A stretch of 64,000 nucleotides of DNA from Dehalococcoidia bacterium (GTDB lineage Bacteria; Chloroflexota; Dehalococcoidia; UBA2979): NCBI GenBank assembly GCA_965219085.1, contig OZ244720.1:2144001-2208000 (forward strand), in the 5' to 3' direction. The notes beneath the pieces are model-generated. The model was not told where the DNA came from, did not search any database, and saw only the letters and a program-made list of their open reading frames with translations. The translations under genes and the position numbers were made by a program. Below, piece by piece: positions 36,700 to 46,972 of the stretch (the stretch's first letter is position 1; each line of letters starts with the position of its first letter).

Positions 36700-38217
36700 G
36701 TGGGCAGTAACCGCCGACGCCGCCGACGCCGCCGAGGCGGGAACAGGGGGCGGCAGGACACCCAACAGGATCAGCAGCAGGCGCAGCCCGACGAGCAGCC
36801 CGCCGAGCGGCCGTCGCAGCCACGCCGTGGCGCCAGTAGTTCGCGGCGACGGGAGCGCTCGAGCACCTCGCGCTCGCCGGGGGTGCAGCGCATCCGCGCC
36901 TCCGTGGACTCGTTCGGGGGCTTCCTCACCATCGGGGCCGTGGTCATCGCCGTCGGCGCCGTCATCGTGCTCATCATCCTCAACCGGCCAGGCGGCGGCG
37001 CCGAGGTCGGTGAAGGCGAGTTCGTCGCCCCCGCGACGGAGGCGCCGGTGGACGGGCGGCTCCTCGGGAACCCCGACGCGCCGGTGCGCATCGTCGCGTT
37101 CGAGGATTTCAGTTGCTCGCACTGCGGCACGTTCTCGCGCGAGACCAAGCCGCTGATCGAGGAGGAGTACATCAACGCCGGGCTCGTCTCGATCGAGTAC
37201 CGGCACCTGGCGCTCCTCGGCCCGGACTCCGAGCGGGCGGGCGCGGCGTCGGAGTGCGCTGCCGACCAGAACCTGTTCTGGCCGTACCACGACATCCTGT
37301 TCGCACGGCAGGGCGGCCCGGGCTGGGCCTCCAACGGCAACCTCAAGAACTTCGCTCGCGAGATGAACGACGCGCTGGGAGGCGGCGGGCTCGACCTCGA
37401 TGCGTTCGATGACTGCGTCGACGCGGGCGTGAAAGAGTTCACGGTGCAGGTCGCCACCGAGGAGGCCGTCGACCTGATCATCGGCATCGGCGATCAGCCT
37501 TCGACGCCGAAGTTCTTCATCAACGGCGCGCTCCGCATCCGTGGCGCACAGCCGATCGAGGCCTTCCGCGCCGAGATCGACCGCGTGCTGGCCGCCGCCG
37601 GCGTGGCGGGGGACGAGGAGTCCGCCGCTCCCGAGAGCGGGCCGCCCGTCGACGGCCGCCTGCTCGGCAACCCGGACGCTCCAGTGCGGCTCGTCGCGTT
37701 CGAGGACTTCAGTTGCTCGCACTGCGCTGACTTCTCGGGCGACACGAAGTCACTGATCGAGGAGGAGTACATCAACGATGGACTCGTTTCGATCGAGTTC
37801 AGGCACTTCGCCATCCTCGGCGCGGACTCGGAGCGGGCCGCCGCGGCGTCCGAGTGCGCCGCGGACCAGAACCTGTTCTGGCCGTACCACGACGTGCTCT
37901 TCGCCCGCCAGGGCGGCCAGGGCTGGGCGTCCGATGACAACCTCAGGGGCTTCGCGCGCGAGATGAACGAGGCGCTCGGCGGTGAGGGGCTCGAGCTCGA
38001 TGCATTCGACGCGTGCGTGGACTCGGGCGCGAAGGTGCAAACGGTGCGCGACGCGACCGACGAGGCGGGGCAGTCGATCGTCGGTGCGGGCGGGCAGCCC
38101 TCGACGCCGACGTTCTTCATCAACGACGCGCCCGCCGTCCAGGGCGCCAGGCCGATCGAGGTCTTCCGCGAGGCGATCGAGGCCGCGCTGGACGCCGCGG
38201 GCGCAGGCGGCGGGTAG
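36700..38217 (+). CDS. Membrane-anchored DsbA-family oxidoreductase with two tandem thioredoxin domains
   Basis: Arg-rich N-terminus, one transmembrane segment, FEDFSCSHC and STP.FFIN each present twice. Confidence 0.88.
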   Translation: MGSNRRRRRRRRGGNRGRQDTQQDQQQAQPDEQPAERPSQPRRGASSSRRRERSSTSRSPGVQRIRASVDSFGGFLTIGAVVIAVGAVIVLIILNRPGGGAEVGEGEFVAPATEAPVDGRLLGNPDAPVRIVAFEDFSCSHCGTFSRETKPLIEEEYINAGLVSIEYRHLALLGPDSERAGAASECAADQNLFWPYHDILFARQGGPGWASNGNLKNFAREMNDALGGGGLDLDAFDDCVDAGVKEFTVQVATEEAVDLIIGIGDQPSTPKFFINGALRIRGAQPIEAFRAEIDRVLAAAGVAGDEESAAPESGPPVDGRLLGNPDAPVRLVAFEDFSCSHCADFSGDTKSLIEEEYINDGLVSIEFRHFAILGADSERAAAASECAADQNLFWPYHDVLFARQGGQGWASDDNLRGFAREMNEALGGEGLELDAFDACVDSGAKVQTVRDATDEAGQSIVGAGGQPSTPTFFINDAPAVQGARPIEVFREAIEAALDAAGAGGG

Positions 38218-38227
38218 ACGCACGACC

Positions 38228-38701
38228 GTGGGAGCACTGCTCGCGCGCCGACGTGACGCGCTGTTCGCCCTCGTCGTGCTCGGGACTGGCGTCGCCGCGT
38301 ACCTCAGCTGGGTCGCCCTCGATAGCGAGCAGGAGCCCTTCTGCTCCGGTGTGGGCGACTGCCACACGGTGCAGAGCTCCGAGTTCGCCGAGATCGGTGG
38401 TGTGCCGATCGCGCTGCTCGGCCTCGGCATGTACGTCACGCTGCTCGTGCTGGTGGCGGCGCGCCGCTTCTGGTCCCGGGCCGCCGAGGCGGGACTCGAT
38501 CGCCCGCTGGCGAGCGCGACCTTCGGGATCGCGTTGAGCGGTGCGCTCTACTCGGCGTACCTGACGTACCTCGAGCTGTTCGAGATCGACGCGATCTGCG
38601 CGTGGTGTGTGACCTCGGCGGTGATCGTGACGCTGATCACCGTGCTCAGCGCGCCGGACCTGCGCGTCGCGGGTGGCTCCGGGGCGCGACCGCCACTATG
38701 A
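38228..38701 (+). CDS. Vitamin K epoxide reductase (VKOR) family protein
   Basis: FCSGVGDCHTVQSS, ICAWC; four hydrophobic segments; follows DsbA. Confidence 0.88.
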   Translation: MGALLARRRDALFALVVLGTGVAAYLSWVALDSEQEPFCSGVGDCHTVQSSEFAEIGGVPIALLGLGMYVTLLVLVAARRFWSRAAEAGLDRPLASATFGIALSGALYSAYLTYLELFEIDAICAWCVTSAVIVTLITVLSAPDLRVAGGSGARPPL

Positions 38702-38758
38702 TCCGACACAGCATGATCCGGCATAACGTCGCCGCGTGGAGACTCTCGAGGGGGCTGT

Positions 38759-39061
38759 GTGTCCGAGCTTGACGTCACATTCGATGACATGACCGTACTC
38801 ACCGAGGGCGGCGCCGACGTGTTCGTCGTCAACCTCAACGACTCGGACGAGCCGCCGCCGTACTACGTCGCCGTCTCCGGGCGGCGCTTTAGCTTCGAGG
38901 GCGCGACATTCCTCATCCACGGCCACAGCGCCCTGATGCCCGAGTGGGTGCGCGAGCACGCGGCCGAGGGCCGGCTCGTCCTCCTCGGCGAGCGCGAGGA
39001 CCGCTACCTGCGCTACGTCCACGATCCCGCCGAGGAGATGGAGGACGACGAAGAGGAGTAG
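38759..39061 (+). CDS. Hypothetical acidic protein
   Basis: 100-aa ORF with host-like codon usage and a GAGGGGG Shine-Dalgarno-like sequence. Confidence 0.65.
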   Translation: MSELDVTFDDMTVLTEGGADVFVVNLNDSDEPPPYYVAVSGRRFSFEGATFLIHGHSALMPEWVREHAAEGRLVLLGEREDRYLRYVHDPAEEMEDDEEE

Positions 39062-39125
39062 TCCTCGCTTCGTCCCGCGCTCCGCGCAGACTCGAACGCC
39101 CCGCTGATGCGGGACGTTGTGCCGC

Positions 39126-39788
39126 TTACCGCAGGAACACGATCCCCGAGCCGACGAAGTACGCGCCCAGTCCCACCAGGAACACGCCGCACACCGCGAG
39201 CAGCCCTCGGTAGGCGCGGCGGCCGAACCAGCGCCGCCCGGAGTGGACGAGCCACGCCATGAGCGTGAGCCAGGCCAGGTCGGACACGATGTGTCCGGCG
39301 AAGACCGCGCCCGGCCCGGCGATGCCCGCGTCGAGCGAGTCGGCGGTGAGCTTCGTGCCGACACTCGCCCACCAGATCACCCAGTACGGGTTGCCGACCG
39401 AGACGAGGATGCCGAGCAGCACCACGCGCCGCGCGGAGGCGGCCGACGGCGCGCCCGCGGTGACGAAAGCGGGCGTGAGTTCCGCCCGCGGCAGGCTGCG
39501 CACGAGGTCGATGCCGAGGTAGACGAGGATGCCCCCACCCACGAGCGCGATCGCCGCCGCCAGCGGGCTCTCGTCGTCGAGAGCGGCGCTCAGGCCGAGG
39601 GCGAGCACCACCACCGTCACCGCCTCGGCGATCGCGTGCCCGAGGGTGGCGAGCGGCCCCGCGCGCACCCCGAACACCGTCGCCTCGCGGATCGCCAGCA
39701 CGGTCAGCGGCCCGGGCGTGAGCGCGCCCGACAGTCCGACCGTGAACGCGACGCCGGCGATGGTGGCCAGCTCGAACGCGGTGTCCAT
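39126..39788 (-). CDS. LysE family transporter
   Basis: SGALTPGPL, LGHAIAE, NPYWVIWW. Confidence 0.88.
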   Translation of the reverse strand: MDTAFELATIAGVAFTVGLSGALTPGPLTVLAIREATVFGVRAGPLATLGHAIAEAVTVVVLALGLSAALDDESPLAAAIALVGGGILVYLGIDLVRSLPRAELTPAFVTAGAPSAASARRVVLLGILVSVGNPYWVIWWASVGTKLTADSLDAGIAGPGAVFAGHIVSDLAWLTLMAWLVHSGRRWFGRRAYRGLLAVCGVFLVGLGAYFVGSGIVFLR

Positions 39789-39802
39789 GCGCGCAGCGTG
39801 GG

Positions 39803-40999
39803 CTACTCCGCCGTGAGCCGCCAGATCGCGCCGCCGTGGTCGACAACCAGCACTTCGCCGTCCGCGTCGAGGCCGAACGACACGAGGCTGCCCGCGCCTC
39901 CGACGAGCACGACCGGCTCCGTGCGCTCACCCGCCGGCTCGGCGTCAGCGGCCGGCGGGCGGAGCGCGAACACCTCGCCGCTGCAGAAGTCGCCGAACAG
40001 GTAGACGCCTCGCAGCGCGGGGATCGCGTCGCCGCGGTACACGACGCCGCCAGTCACCGAGCAGCGCCCGGCGTCGTGACCGTAGACCAGGACCGGCGGC
40101 GCCATGCCCTCGGCGTCGCAAGCCTGGGCCGGTGTGAGGCACCCGAACCCTTCGAGGACGTTCCAGCCGTGGTTCGCGCCGCGCCCGACCCGGTTGACCT
40201 CCTCGTTGTCGATGAAGCCGACGTCGCCCGCCCACAGCGTGCCGTCCTCGGGGTCGAACGCCATGCGCCACGGGTTGCGGAAGCCGTACGCCCAGATCTC
40301 GTCACGCGCGCCCGCGACGCCGGCGAACGGGTTGTCGGACGGGATGGCGTAGGGCTGCGCCGCCGAGGACGCGCGCACGTCGATGCGGATCACGGCGCCG
40401 AGCAGCGTGCCGAGGTCCTGCCCGTTCTCGAACGGGTCGGTCGAGGCGCTGCCGTCGCCGAGGCTGAGGTAGAGCATGCCGTCCGCCCCGAAGCGGATCG
40501 CGCCGCCGTTCTGGTTGTAGCCGGGCTGCGGCAGCACGAGCACCTCGACGCCACTTGCGGCGTCGGCCGTGTCACCGGCGACCTCGAAGCGCGCGAGCAC
40601 GCTGCGCGGCGGCTCACCGGTGGCGAAGTAGTACGCCCAGAGGCGTCCGTTGCTGCCGAAGTCCGGGTCGAGCGCGACGGAGAGCAGGCCCTCGCCGAGC
40701 TGCACGTCGACGTGCTCGCGCAGGTCGAGGAGCATACGGCGCTCGCTGCCGTCATCGCGGAGCACGAAGACGCGCCCGCCCTGCTCGGCGACCAAGACTC
40801 GACCGCCCGGGTAGACGCCGATCTCGAGCGGCCGCTCGAAGCGCGCCCCGCCGAGCGCGGGCTCAAGCGTGACGGTCGGCAACTCCGGCGGGTCGTAGTC
40901 GCCGCAGGCCACGAGGAGCGCGAGCGTGGCAACGAGCGACGCGAGGCTGGCGTGGCGGAGCAGCCGACTGACGCGGTTCCGGGTCGGGTTGCTGGTCAC
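39803..40999 (-). CDS. PQQ-dependent sugar dehydrogenase (GSDH family) lipoprotein
   Basis: LVAC lipobox, EGLLSVALDP, NGG.I.FG.DG.LY.S.GDG, AYGFRNPWR, SVTGG.VYRG. Confidence 0.85.
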   Translation of the reverse strand: MTSNPTRNRVSRLLRHASLASLVATLALLVACGDYDPPELPTVTLEPALGGARFERPLEIGVYPGGRVLVAEQGGRVFVLRDDGSERRMLLDLREHVDVQLGEGLLSVALDPDFGSNGRLWAYYFATGEPPRSVLARFEVAGDTADAASGVEVLVLPQPGYNQNGGAIRFGADGMLYLSLGDGSASTDPFENGQDLGTLLGAVIRIDVRASSAAQPYAIPSDNPFAGVAGARDEIWAYGFRNPWRMAFDPEDGTLWAGDVGFIDNEEVNRVGRGANHGWNVLEGFGCLTPAQACDAEGMAPPVLVYGHDAGRCSVTGGVVYRGDAIPALRGVYLFGDFCSGEVFALRPPAADAEPAGERTEPVVLVGGAGSLVSFGLDADGEVLVVDHGGAIWRLTAE

Positions 41000-41098
41000 A
41001 CCGGGCGCCCCTCGGTCGATCGTGGACGGGTGGACGGTACAGGGAGTGTAGCGGCGGCCCCGCCAGGGGCCGTCGCGGCGCGTACGATAGCCGTCGCG

Positions 41099-42553
41099 AT
41101 GGCGTTACCCCCCCAGTTCGACGAGCCCCCGTTCCGCTCCCTGGAGCGCATCGACGACGCCATCGATCGTGGGCAGGAGCGCGCGTTCCGCGTGCTGTGG
41201 TTCTGGACGCCGCCCGGATCTGTGGCGCGCAACCCGCAGTTCCAGGCGCTGCTCGCCTCGCGCTTCCTCGCCGACATGGCGCAGCAGGCGCTGCTCTTCG
41301 GTGCGCTGATCGCGATCGCCCGTGGCGGCGGCGGCGCGTTCGAGGCGGGCCTGCTCGGCTGTGCCTTCCTGCTCCCGGGCGTCGCGCTTGGGATGTACGG
41401 CGGCGCCGTCGCCGACGCGCTCCCGAAGCGCGTCGCCCTCGCCGGCGCCTACGTCGGGATGGGCGCACTCACGCTCGCGATCCCGCTGGCGCTCGGGACC
41501 GAGTTCGGCGCGCTGCTGCTCGTGCTGTTCCTGGTCCGCGTGCTGTTCCAGGTCTCGCAGCCGAGCGAGGCCTCGACGGTGCCGCTCGTCGCGACCACCG
41601 ACGAGCTCGCCGGCGCCACCTCGATGCTCGGGCTGGTCTCGTCGGCGGGCGAGCTGATCGGCAAGGCGCTGCTGGCGCCGGTGATCGTGCGCGCGTTCGG
41701 GGTGAACCCCGTGACGATCATGGCGGGGCTGCTGTTCCTGCTCTCCGCCACCCGCGTCTTCGACCTCCGCCCCCCGGCGCCCGCAGGCGCGGACCCCAAC
41801 GCCCCGCCCGTGCCCCCGCCCTCGACGCGCGAGGCGCTGCAGTGGCTGCTCGACGAACGAAGCGTGCTGATCATGCTCGTGCTCGCCGGTCTCGCGAGCA
41901 CGGTCAACGTCGTGCTCGGCATCCTCGGGCCGCAGTACGTGAGCGAGGTGCTCGACGTCGATCCGGCGAACGCGCTCTACGTGTTCGCGCCCGCGCCTAT
42001 TGGGCTGCTGCTCGCGCTCGCGATCACCCCGTTGCTCATCGGGCGCGCCGGCGAGCGGCCGGTGGCGGTCACGGGATTCGCGCTGGTCGCCGCCGTCATG
42101 ACGGCGCTTGGTCTCGTCGCGCCGCTGAGCGAGGCCGTGGCTTTCCTGTTCGTGGTGGACATCCCCGGTGTCGGGCCGAGGGTCGAAACCGCGGCGGTGC
42201 TCTCGATCTTCCTCGGCTTCGGCGTCACCCTCGCGGCCGTCGCGACACAGACCTACGTCAGCCGCACGGTGCCGCTGCGGATCCAGGGGCGGGCGTTCGC
42301 GCTGCTCGGGGTGCTCAAGGACGGACTCGCGATCTTCCCGCTGCTCGTGCTGGGCGCGATCGCCAGCAAGGTCGGCGTCGACGTGGTGATCACCGTCTCA
42401 CCGGTGTTCCTGCTCGCCATCGCCGTCGGCCTCGACCGCCTCGTGTCGCGCTGGCGCACGCCGGTGCCTGACGCCGGTGGCGGGTCCGGCGAGGGGCCAA
42501 CGGACGAGCCCTCCTCGGGAGCGCCGCCGGCGACTTCGGACGCTGCTCAGTAG
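41099..42553 (+). CDS. MFS transporter
   Basis: GGAVADALPKR, QGRAFA; about 12 hydrophobic segments. Confidence 0.82.
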   Translation: MALPPQFDEPPFRSLERIDDAIDRGQERAFRVLWFWTPPGSVARNPQFQALLASRFLADMAQQALLFGALIAIARGGGGAFEAGLLGCAFLLPGVALGMYGGAVADALPKRVALAGAYVGMGALTLAIPLALGTEFGALLLVLFLVRVLFQVSQPSEASTVPLVATTDELAGATSMLGLVSSAGELIGKALLAPVIVRAFGVNPVTIMAGLLFLLSATRVFDLRPPAPAGADPNAPPVPPPSTREALQWLLDERSVLIMLVLAGLASTVNVVLGILGPQYVSEVLDVDPANALYVFAPAPIGLLLALAITPLLIGRAGERPVAVTGFALVAAVMTALGLVAPLSEAVAFLFVVDIPGVGPRVETAAVLSIFLGFGVTLAAVATQTYVSRTVPLRIQGRAFALLGVLKDGLAIFPLLVLGAIASKVGVDVVITVSPVFLLAIAVGLDRLVSRWRTPVPDAGGGSGEGPTDEPSSGAPPATSDAAQ

Positions 42554-42559
42554 CCCGCG

Positions 42560-43615
42560 CTACGGGTAGAGCGGCGTCCGTTCGAGGCCGAGTCTCTGGT
42601 CGTAGCCGAACATCAGGTTGAGGTTCTGTAGCGCGTTCCCGCTCTGCCCCTTGAGCAGGTTGTCGATCGACGACATCACCACCACGCGGCTCTCATCGGG
42701 CGAGGTCACGAGCGAGATGTCGCAGAAGTTCGACCCGGCCGTGCCCTTGAGCGTCGGCGGCGTGTCGAGCACGCGCACGAACGGCGCGTCGTCGTAGTAC
42801 TCGCGGTAGCGCTCGAGCAGCGCCTCGCGCGACGCGGAGCGCGTGAGCGACATGTGCATCGTGCTGAGGATGCCGCGCGTCATGCCGAGCAGGTGCGGGA
42901 CGAAATGCACGCTCGCGTCACCGCCAGCGAGCCCTCCGAGCGTGTGCTGGGCCTCGACGACGTGCTGGTGGCTGAAGACGCGGTACGGGACGACATTGTC
43001 GTTGAGGTGCGAGAAGTGCTGCGCGGCCGCCGGCTTCTTGCCCGCGCCCGAGGAGCCCGTGAGCCCGTCGACCGTCACCGTGTTGCCCTCGACGAGTCCG
43101 TCGGCGAAGAGCGGCGCGAGGCCGAGGATGATGCCGACGGCGAAGCAGCCGGGGTTGCCGACGATCGGCGACGCGGCGACTGCGTCGCCGGTCAGCTCCG
43201 GCACGCCGTAGCTCGCGCGCTCCAGCAGCGCCTCGGCGCCGTGCCCGTCACTGCCGATCGAGGGGTGCGCGGCGGCGTAGCGCGCGTAGGAGGCGGCGTC
43301 GGGGAAGCGGAAGTCGCCGGAGTAGTCGAGGAAGCGCACGCCGGCGTCGGCGAGCGCGGGCGCGTAGCCCATCGACACGCGGTCGGGCGTGGCGAAGACG
43401 ACGACGTCGCAGTCGCTGCCGATCGAGGCCTCGTCGGGCCCTTGCACGACGAGGTCGGTGCGGCCGTGGAGGTGCGGGTAGACATCGGCGATGCGTCGGC
43501 CTGCGTCGTCACGCGCGACGAGGGCGGTCGCTTCGAGTTCGGGATGCTGCAGCAACATCTCGATCATGCCGAGACCGCCGTAGCCGGTTGCCCCGACGAG
43601 TTGCACGCGCGGCAT
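42560..43615 (-). CDS. argC: N-acetyl-gamma-glutamyl-phosphate reductase
   Basis: VGATGYGG, YGVPE, NPGCF, SGAG, HQH..E, IDNLLKG, QNLNLM. Confidence 0.93.
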   Translation of the reverse strand: MPRVQLVGATGYGGLGMIEMLLQHPELEATALVARDDAGRRIADVYPHLHGRTDLVVQGPDEASIGSDCDVVVFATPDRVSMGYAPALADAGVRFLDYSGDFRFPDAASYARYAAAHPSIGSDGHGAEALLERASYGVPELTGDAVAASPIVGNPGCFAVGIILGLAPLFADGLVEGNTVTVDGLTGSSGAGKKPAAAQHFSHLNDNVVPYRVFSHQHVVEAQHTLGGLAGGDASVHFVPHLLGMTRGILSTMHMSLTRSASREALLERYREYYDDAPFVRVLDTPPTLKGTAGSNFCDISLVTSPDESRVVVMSSIDNLLKGQSGNALQNLNLMFGYDQRLGLERTPLYP

Positions 43616-43751
43616 GGTGTCTTCCTCCGGTCCGCATCGAGTGGCGGCGTGTGCCGTAGACAGCATAGGGGGCGCGCCGAAGTGCCGGAAGATCGGCGCG
43701 CCGGGCGATCAGTGCCCCGCCTGGTCGCCTCACAGCGCGCACGGGAACTCC

Positions 43752-44645
43752 TCAGCCGGCAGGGGACCAGCCGTCGTCCAGAATCGGACGGTAGCCGAGC
43801 ATGAACATCGCGGACTGGAGGGCGAGCAGGCGTCGGGGCTGGGGCAGTTCCCCGAACGGCCCGTATGCGGCGAGGTCCCCGAGCAGCCACGCGGCGATCA
43901 CGTTTGAACTCGCATACTGCTTGGCGTCGCGCCACCGCATGTGCCTGAAGCGCAGGCTGCCACACGACGGATTCCGCTTGGTTCGTCCTTGGGACGGCGG
44001 AATGCTGAAGGCGAGTTGCCACGGGACGGTGCCGCGGCCGTTCTCCTCGCAGTAGCGCCTCACCATGCTCGCGAGCGCGCAGGCGACTCTGCTGTCGTAG
44101 ATGGGGAAGCCGTCGAGGAGGAGCGCGTGGATCTTGCTGAAGCCGGAGTTCAAATGGTTGATCTCGTTCAACCGGTCCAGGTCTGCGCGCGCCGGATCGA
44201 GTCGAGCGGCATCCTCGCAAACGACCCTGAGCGTGTCCGTCCCCAGCTGCTCCAACGTGACGCGGTTCCGCCGCACCCCCGCGCCTCCCCACTCGACCAC
44301 GGCGGTGGCCGCTGTCAGGAACGCCTGCGCTTCCCTATCCTTGGCCGCCTGCCGAAGCCCCCTGGACAGGCGATCGAGTGCGGCGAAGTTGTCCTCACGC
44401 GACCGCCTGCGGGTCGGAGTCGACTCACCGGGGAGCTGCTCGCTGAATGGCCAATCGAACTTGAGGTATGCCTCGAACACGGACTCACAGCGAAACGAGC
44501 CCAGGCGGTGGCTATCCCACTCGTGCCTGACCGCGCGCTCGCCGGTGACGTACGGGCGAGCCCAACCCAGGAATGCACACACTTCGGCGTCGGCGAGATA
44601 GGTGTCACGGTTCACCGGCAGCTCCCATCGAGAACCAGCGCTCAT
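43752..44645 (-). CDS. Hypothetical accessory protein, possibly OGG/HhH glycosylase-like fold
   Basis: 297-aa ORF with atypical codon usage; VVEWGG, SGFSKI, IYDSRV motifs; fold call is an inference. Confidence 0.6.
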   Translation of the reverse strand: MSAGSRWELPVNRDTYLADAEVCAFLGWARPYVTGERAVRHEWDSHRLGSFRCESVFEAYLKFDWPFSEQLPGESTPTRRRSREDNFAALDRLSRGLRQAAKDREAQAFLTAATAVVEWGGAGVRRNRVTLEQLGTDTLRVVCEDAARLDPARADLDRLNEINHLNSGFSKIHALLLDGFPIYDSRVACALASMVRRYCEENGRGTVPWQLAFSIPPSQGRTKRNPSCGSLRFRHMRWRDAKQYASSNVIAAWLLGDLAAYGPFGELPQPRRLLALQSAMFMLGYRPILDDGWSPAG

Positions 44646-44824
44646 CGACGATGGTAGTCAAGCACAGAACCTCGTTCTTGAATCGGCGCGTTCCCCGCGC
44701 CCCTACTAAAGGCAATGCGCGAGAACTTGAATAAGGATGCGGCGTGGTATACCGCGCTTGAATAGCGTGAGCTGATGCGCAGTTCCGGGATCACACCCCG
44801 GCCGCCCGTGCTACGGTCAGAGGT

Positions 44825-45361
44825 GTGACCACCGACCAGCCCACCTGGCGCGACTTCCTCACCCTCGATGACCCTGCGCTGTTCGCGCAGTGCAACTTCG
44901 ACCGCTTCCGCGCGAGCGGGCCCGGCGGGCAGAAACGCAACGTCACCGACTCGGCAGTGCGGCTGCGGCACCGCCCCTCCGGCGTCAGCGCCGAGTCCAA
45001 CGAGTCGCGGTCGCAGCACGAGAACCGCGCGCGGGCCCTGCGTCGGCTGCGGCGCGCGATGGCCGTCGGCCTGCGCGCGCCCGCGACTCTCGACGGCTAC
45101 AAGCGGCCGCCGGAGTTGGAGGCGGTGCGCACGACGAACGGCCGCCTCTCGGTCGGCCGGCGCGACGCGCGCTTCCTGCCCGCCGTTGCAGCGGTCTTCG
45201 ACCTGCTTGAGGCGGCCGGTTGGCGGCTCGGCGACGCCGCACGGGCGGCGGGTGTCTCGACGGCGTCCCTCGGGCGGGTGCTGGCGCAGGATCCGGCCGT
45301 GTGGCGGGCGGCGAACGAGCGCCGCCGCGCGCACGGGCTGTCGGGGCTGCGCGCAAGGTAG
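44825..45361 (+). CDS. RF-1 domain (GGQ) release-factor-like protein
   Basis: [29 protein letters not shown]; HTH-like C-terminus. Confidence 0.85.
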   Translation: MTTDQPTWRDFLTLDDPALFAQCNFDRFRASGPGGQKRNVTDSAVRLRHRPSGVSAESNESRSQHENRARALRRLRRAMAVGLRAPATLDGYKRPPELEAVRTTNGRLSVGRRDARFLPAVAAVFDLLEAAGWRLGDAARAAGVSTASLGRVLAQDPAVWRAANERRRAHGLSGLRAR

Positions 45362-45368
45362 CGCGCGG

Positions 45369-46619
45369 CTAACGCAGGTCGAACGGGCGCGACTCGATCG
45401 GCACGATCTTGCCGCCGCGGTACTCCCAGATCTCGACGAACCCTGTCGCGAGGTCGCCGGTCGCGTTCCAGTCGAGAGGCGAGGCCGCCCCGTCGTAGTC
45501 GATCTCCTCGCCGTTGCGGACGGCCTCGAGGGCCTCAGCGACGCCTTCGGGTCCCGCGATAACGGTGCGGCCCGGCGGCTGCACGACGTTGCGCAACTGG
45601 TCGCGGATCGCCGCGCTGTCCGTGGAGCCGGCGGCCTCGGCGGCGAGGGCGATCGCGATCACCGCGTCGTAGCCCTCGCGCACGTACGCGCGGGCGGGCT
45701 CCTCGCCGAACTGCGCGACGTAGGCGCGGTTCCACGCCGCCGTCGAGGGCTCGTCGTCGCTGTTGCCGGGCGCAGTGCCCTTCGTGCCGTCGAGGTGTTC
45801 GGGGCCGATCTTCGCGGCGAGGTCCTCGCTGCGGGTGGCGTCGGCGAAGACGAACTTCGTGAAGACGCCGTTCTCGATCGACTCGCGCAGGAAGACCTCG
45901 GCCTCGCCGGGGAAGGCGATCACCACGAGCAACTCGGCGCCGCCGCTCGCCGCCTGCTGCAGCTCCGCGAGGTACGAGGTCTGCCCGAGCGCCGAGTACG
46001 AGGCGGCAGTGACCGTGCCGGAGAAGTGGTCCGTGAACACCTCGGCCGACCCCTGGCCGTACGCGTCGTCGCGGTACAGCAGCCCGACGTTGTCGAGCCC
46101 CTCCTCCTCGGCGAGCGCGGCGAGCACTACGCCCTTCGCGACGTCGGAGGGGGCGCTGCGGAACAGGAAGTCGTTGTCGTTCGACGTCGACAGCGCGGGC
46201 GAGGACGCCGACGGCGTGATCATCACCACACCTGACGGGCCGATCACGCTCTCGGTGACGGCGAGCGTCACCGTGCTGGAGATCGCTCCGACGATCGCCT
46301 GCACGCCCGCGATCTCGACCAGCCGACGGGCCTCCTCGACGCCCTGCGTCGGGTTCACCTTCGTGTCCCCGAAGAACAGTTCGACGTCGCGGCCGTTGAC
46401 GCCGCCGGCCTCGTTGACGTGCTGCACGGCCAGCTCGACGCCGACGCTGACGACATCGCCGAGCTCGGCGATAGAGCCGGAGCGGTCGGCGAGGTAGCCG
46501 ATGCGCAGCGGCTCACCCTCGAAGTCCCCGCCGTCCCCGCCGTCGTCGCCCTCGCAGGCGACGAGGAGGGCAAGGGCAGCGAGCAGCGGGGCGAGCCTTC
46601 GGCGAATCACGTTGCGCAT
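45369..46619 (-). CDS. ABC transporter substrate-binding lipoprotein (LivJ/LivK-like)
   Basis: LVAC lipobox, VNEAGGVNGR, GAISS, FLFR, YDAV. Confidence 0.88.
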   Translation of the reverse strand: MRNVIRRRLAPLLAALALLVACEGDDGGDGGDFEGEPLRIGYLADRSGSIAELGDVVSVGVELAVQHVNEAGGVNGRDVELFFGDTKVNPTQGVEEARRLVEIAGVQAIVGAISSTVTLAVTESVIGPSGVVMITPSASSPALSTSNDNDFLFRSAPSDVAKGVVLAALAEEEGLDNVGLLYRDDAYGQGSAEVFTDHFSGTVTAASYSALGQTSYLAELQQAASGGAELLVVIAFPGEAEVFLRESIENGVFTKFVFADATRSEDLAAKIGPEHLDGTKGTAPGNSDDEPSTAAWNRAYVAQFGEEPARAYVREGYDAVIAIALAAEAAGSTDSAAIRDQLRNVVQPPGRTVIAGPEGVAEALEAVRNGEEIDYDGAASPLDWNATGDLATGFVEIWEYRGGKIVPIESRPFDLR

Positions 46620-46647
46620 ACGCGGAGCCTACCAGCGCGACGGCGTA

Positions 46648-46959
46648 TCAGACACGCTCGATGGTGGCTGTCAGCCCGAACGATTCGAGGCGGTCGCGGT
46701 ACAGCTCGGCGCGTTCGAGCGGACAGGCGATGACCTCGGCGCGGCCGCGCAGGTGCGTCTCGATCATGATCTCCATCGCGCGTTCCGTGCTGAGTTCCGG
46801 CACCGAGGCGAGCAGGGCCCGCACAACGTGGCCCATCTCGTTGACGTCGTCGTTGTGCAGCAACACGCGGTAGGGCGGCAGCGTCTCGCTCAGCGAGCGC
46901 TCACGCACCTCGGGGTCGCGCGTGGGCGCGGACGGCGTCGGGGTGGGCGGCGAGGTCAC
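46648..46959 (-). CDS. clpS: Clp protease adaptor ClpS
   Basis: PPYRVLLHNDDVN, IMIETH..G.A, AELY. Confidence 0.92.
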   Translation of the reverse strand: MTSPPTPTPSAPTRDPEVRERSLSETLPPYRVLLHNDDVNEMGHVVRALLASVPELSTERAMEIMIETHLRGRAEVIACPLERAELYRDRLESFGLTATIERV

Positions 46960-46972
46960 CGGCGGACGGGCG

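Noticed and set aside
288-42553. Long antisense or alternate-frame ORFs (e.g. 288-2237, 15255-17294, 34191-35915, and the 5' extension of 39836-42553)
   Set aside because: Shadow ORFs caused by high GC3; they are Arg/Ala/Gly-rich and overlap well-supported genes
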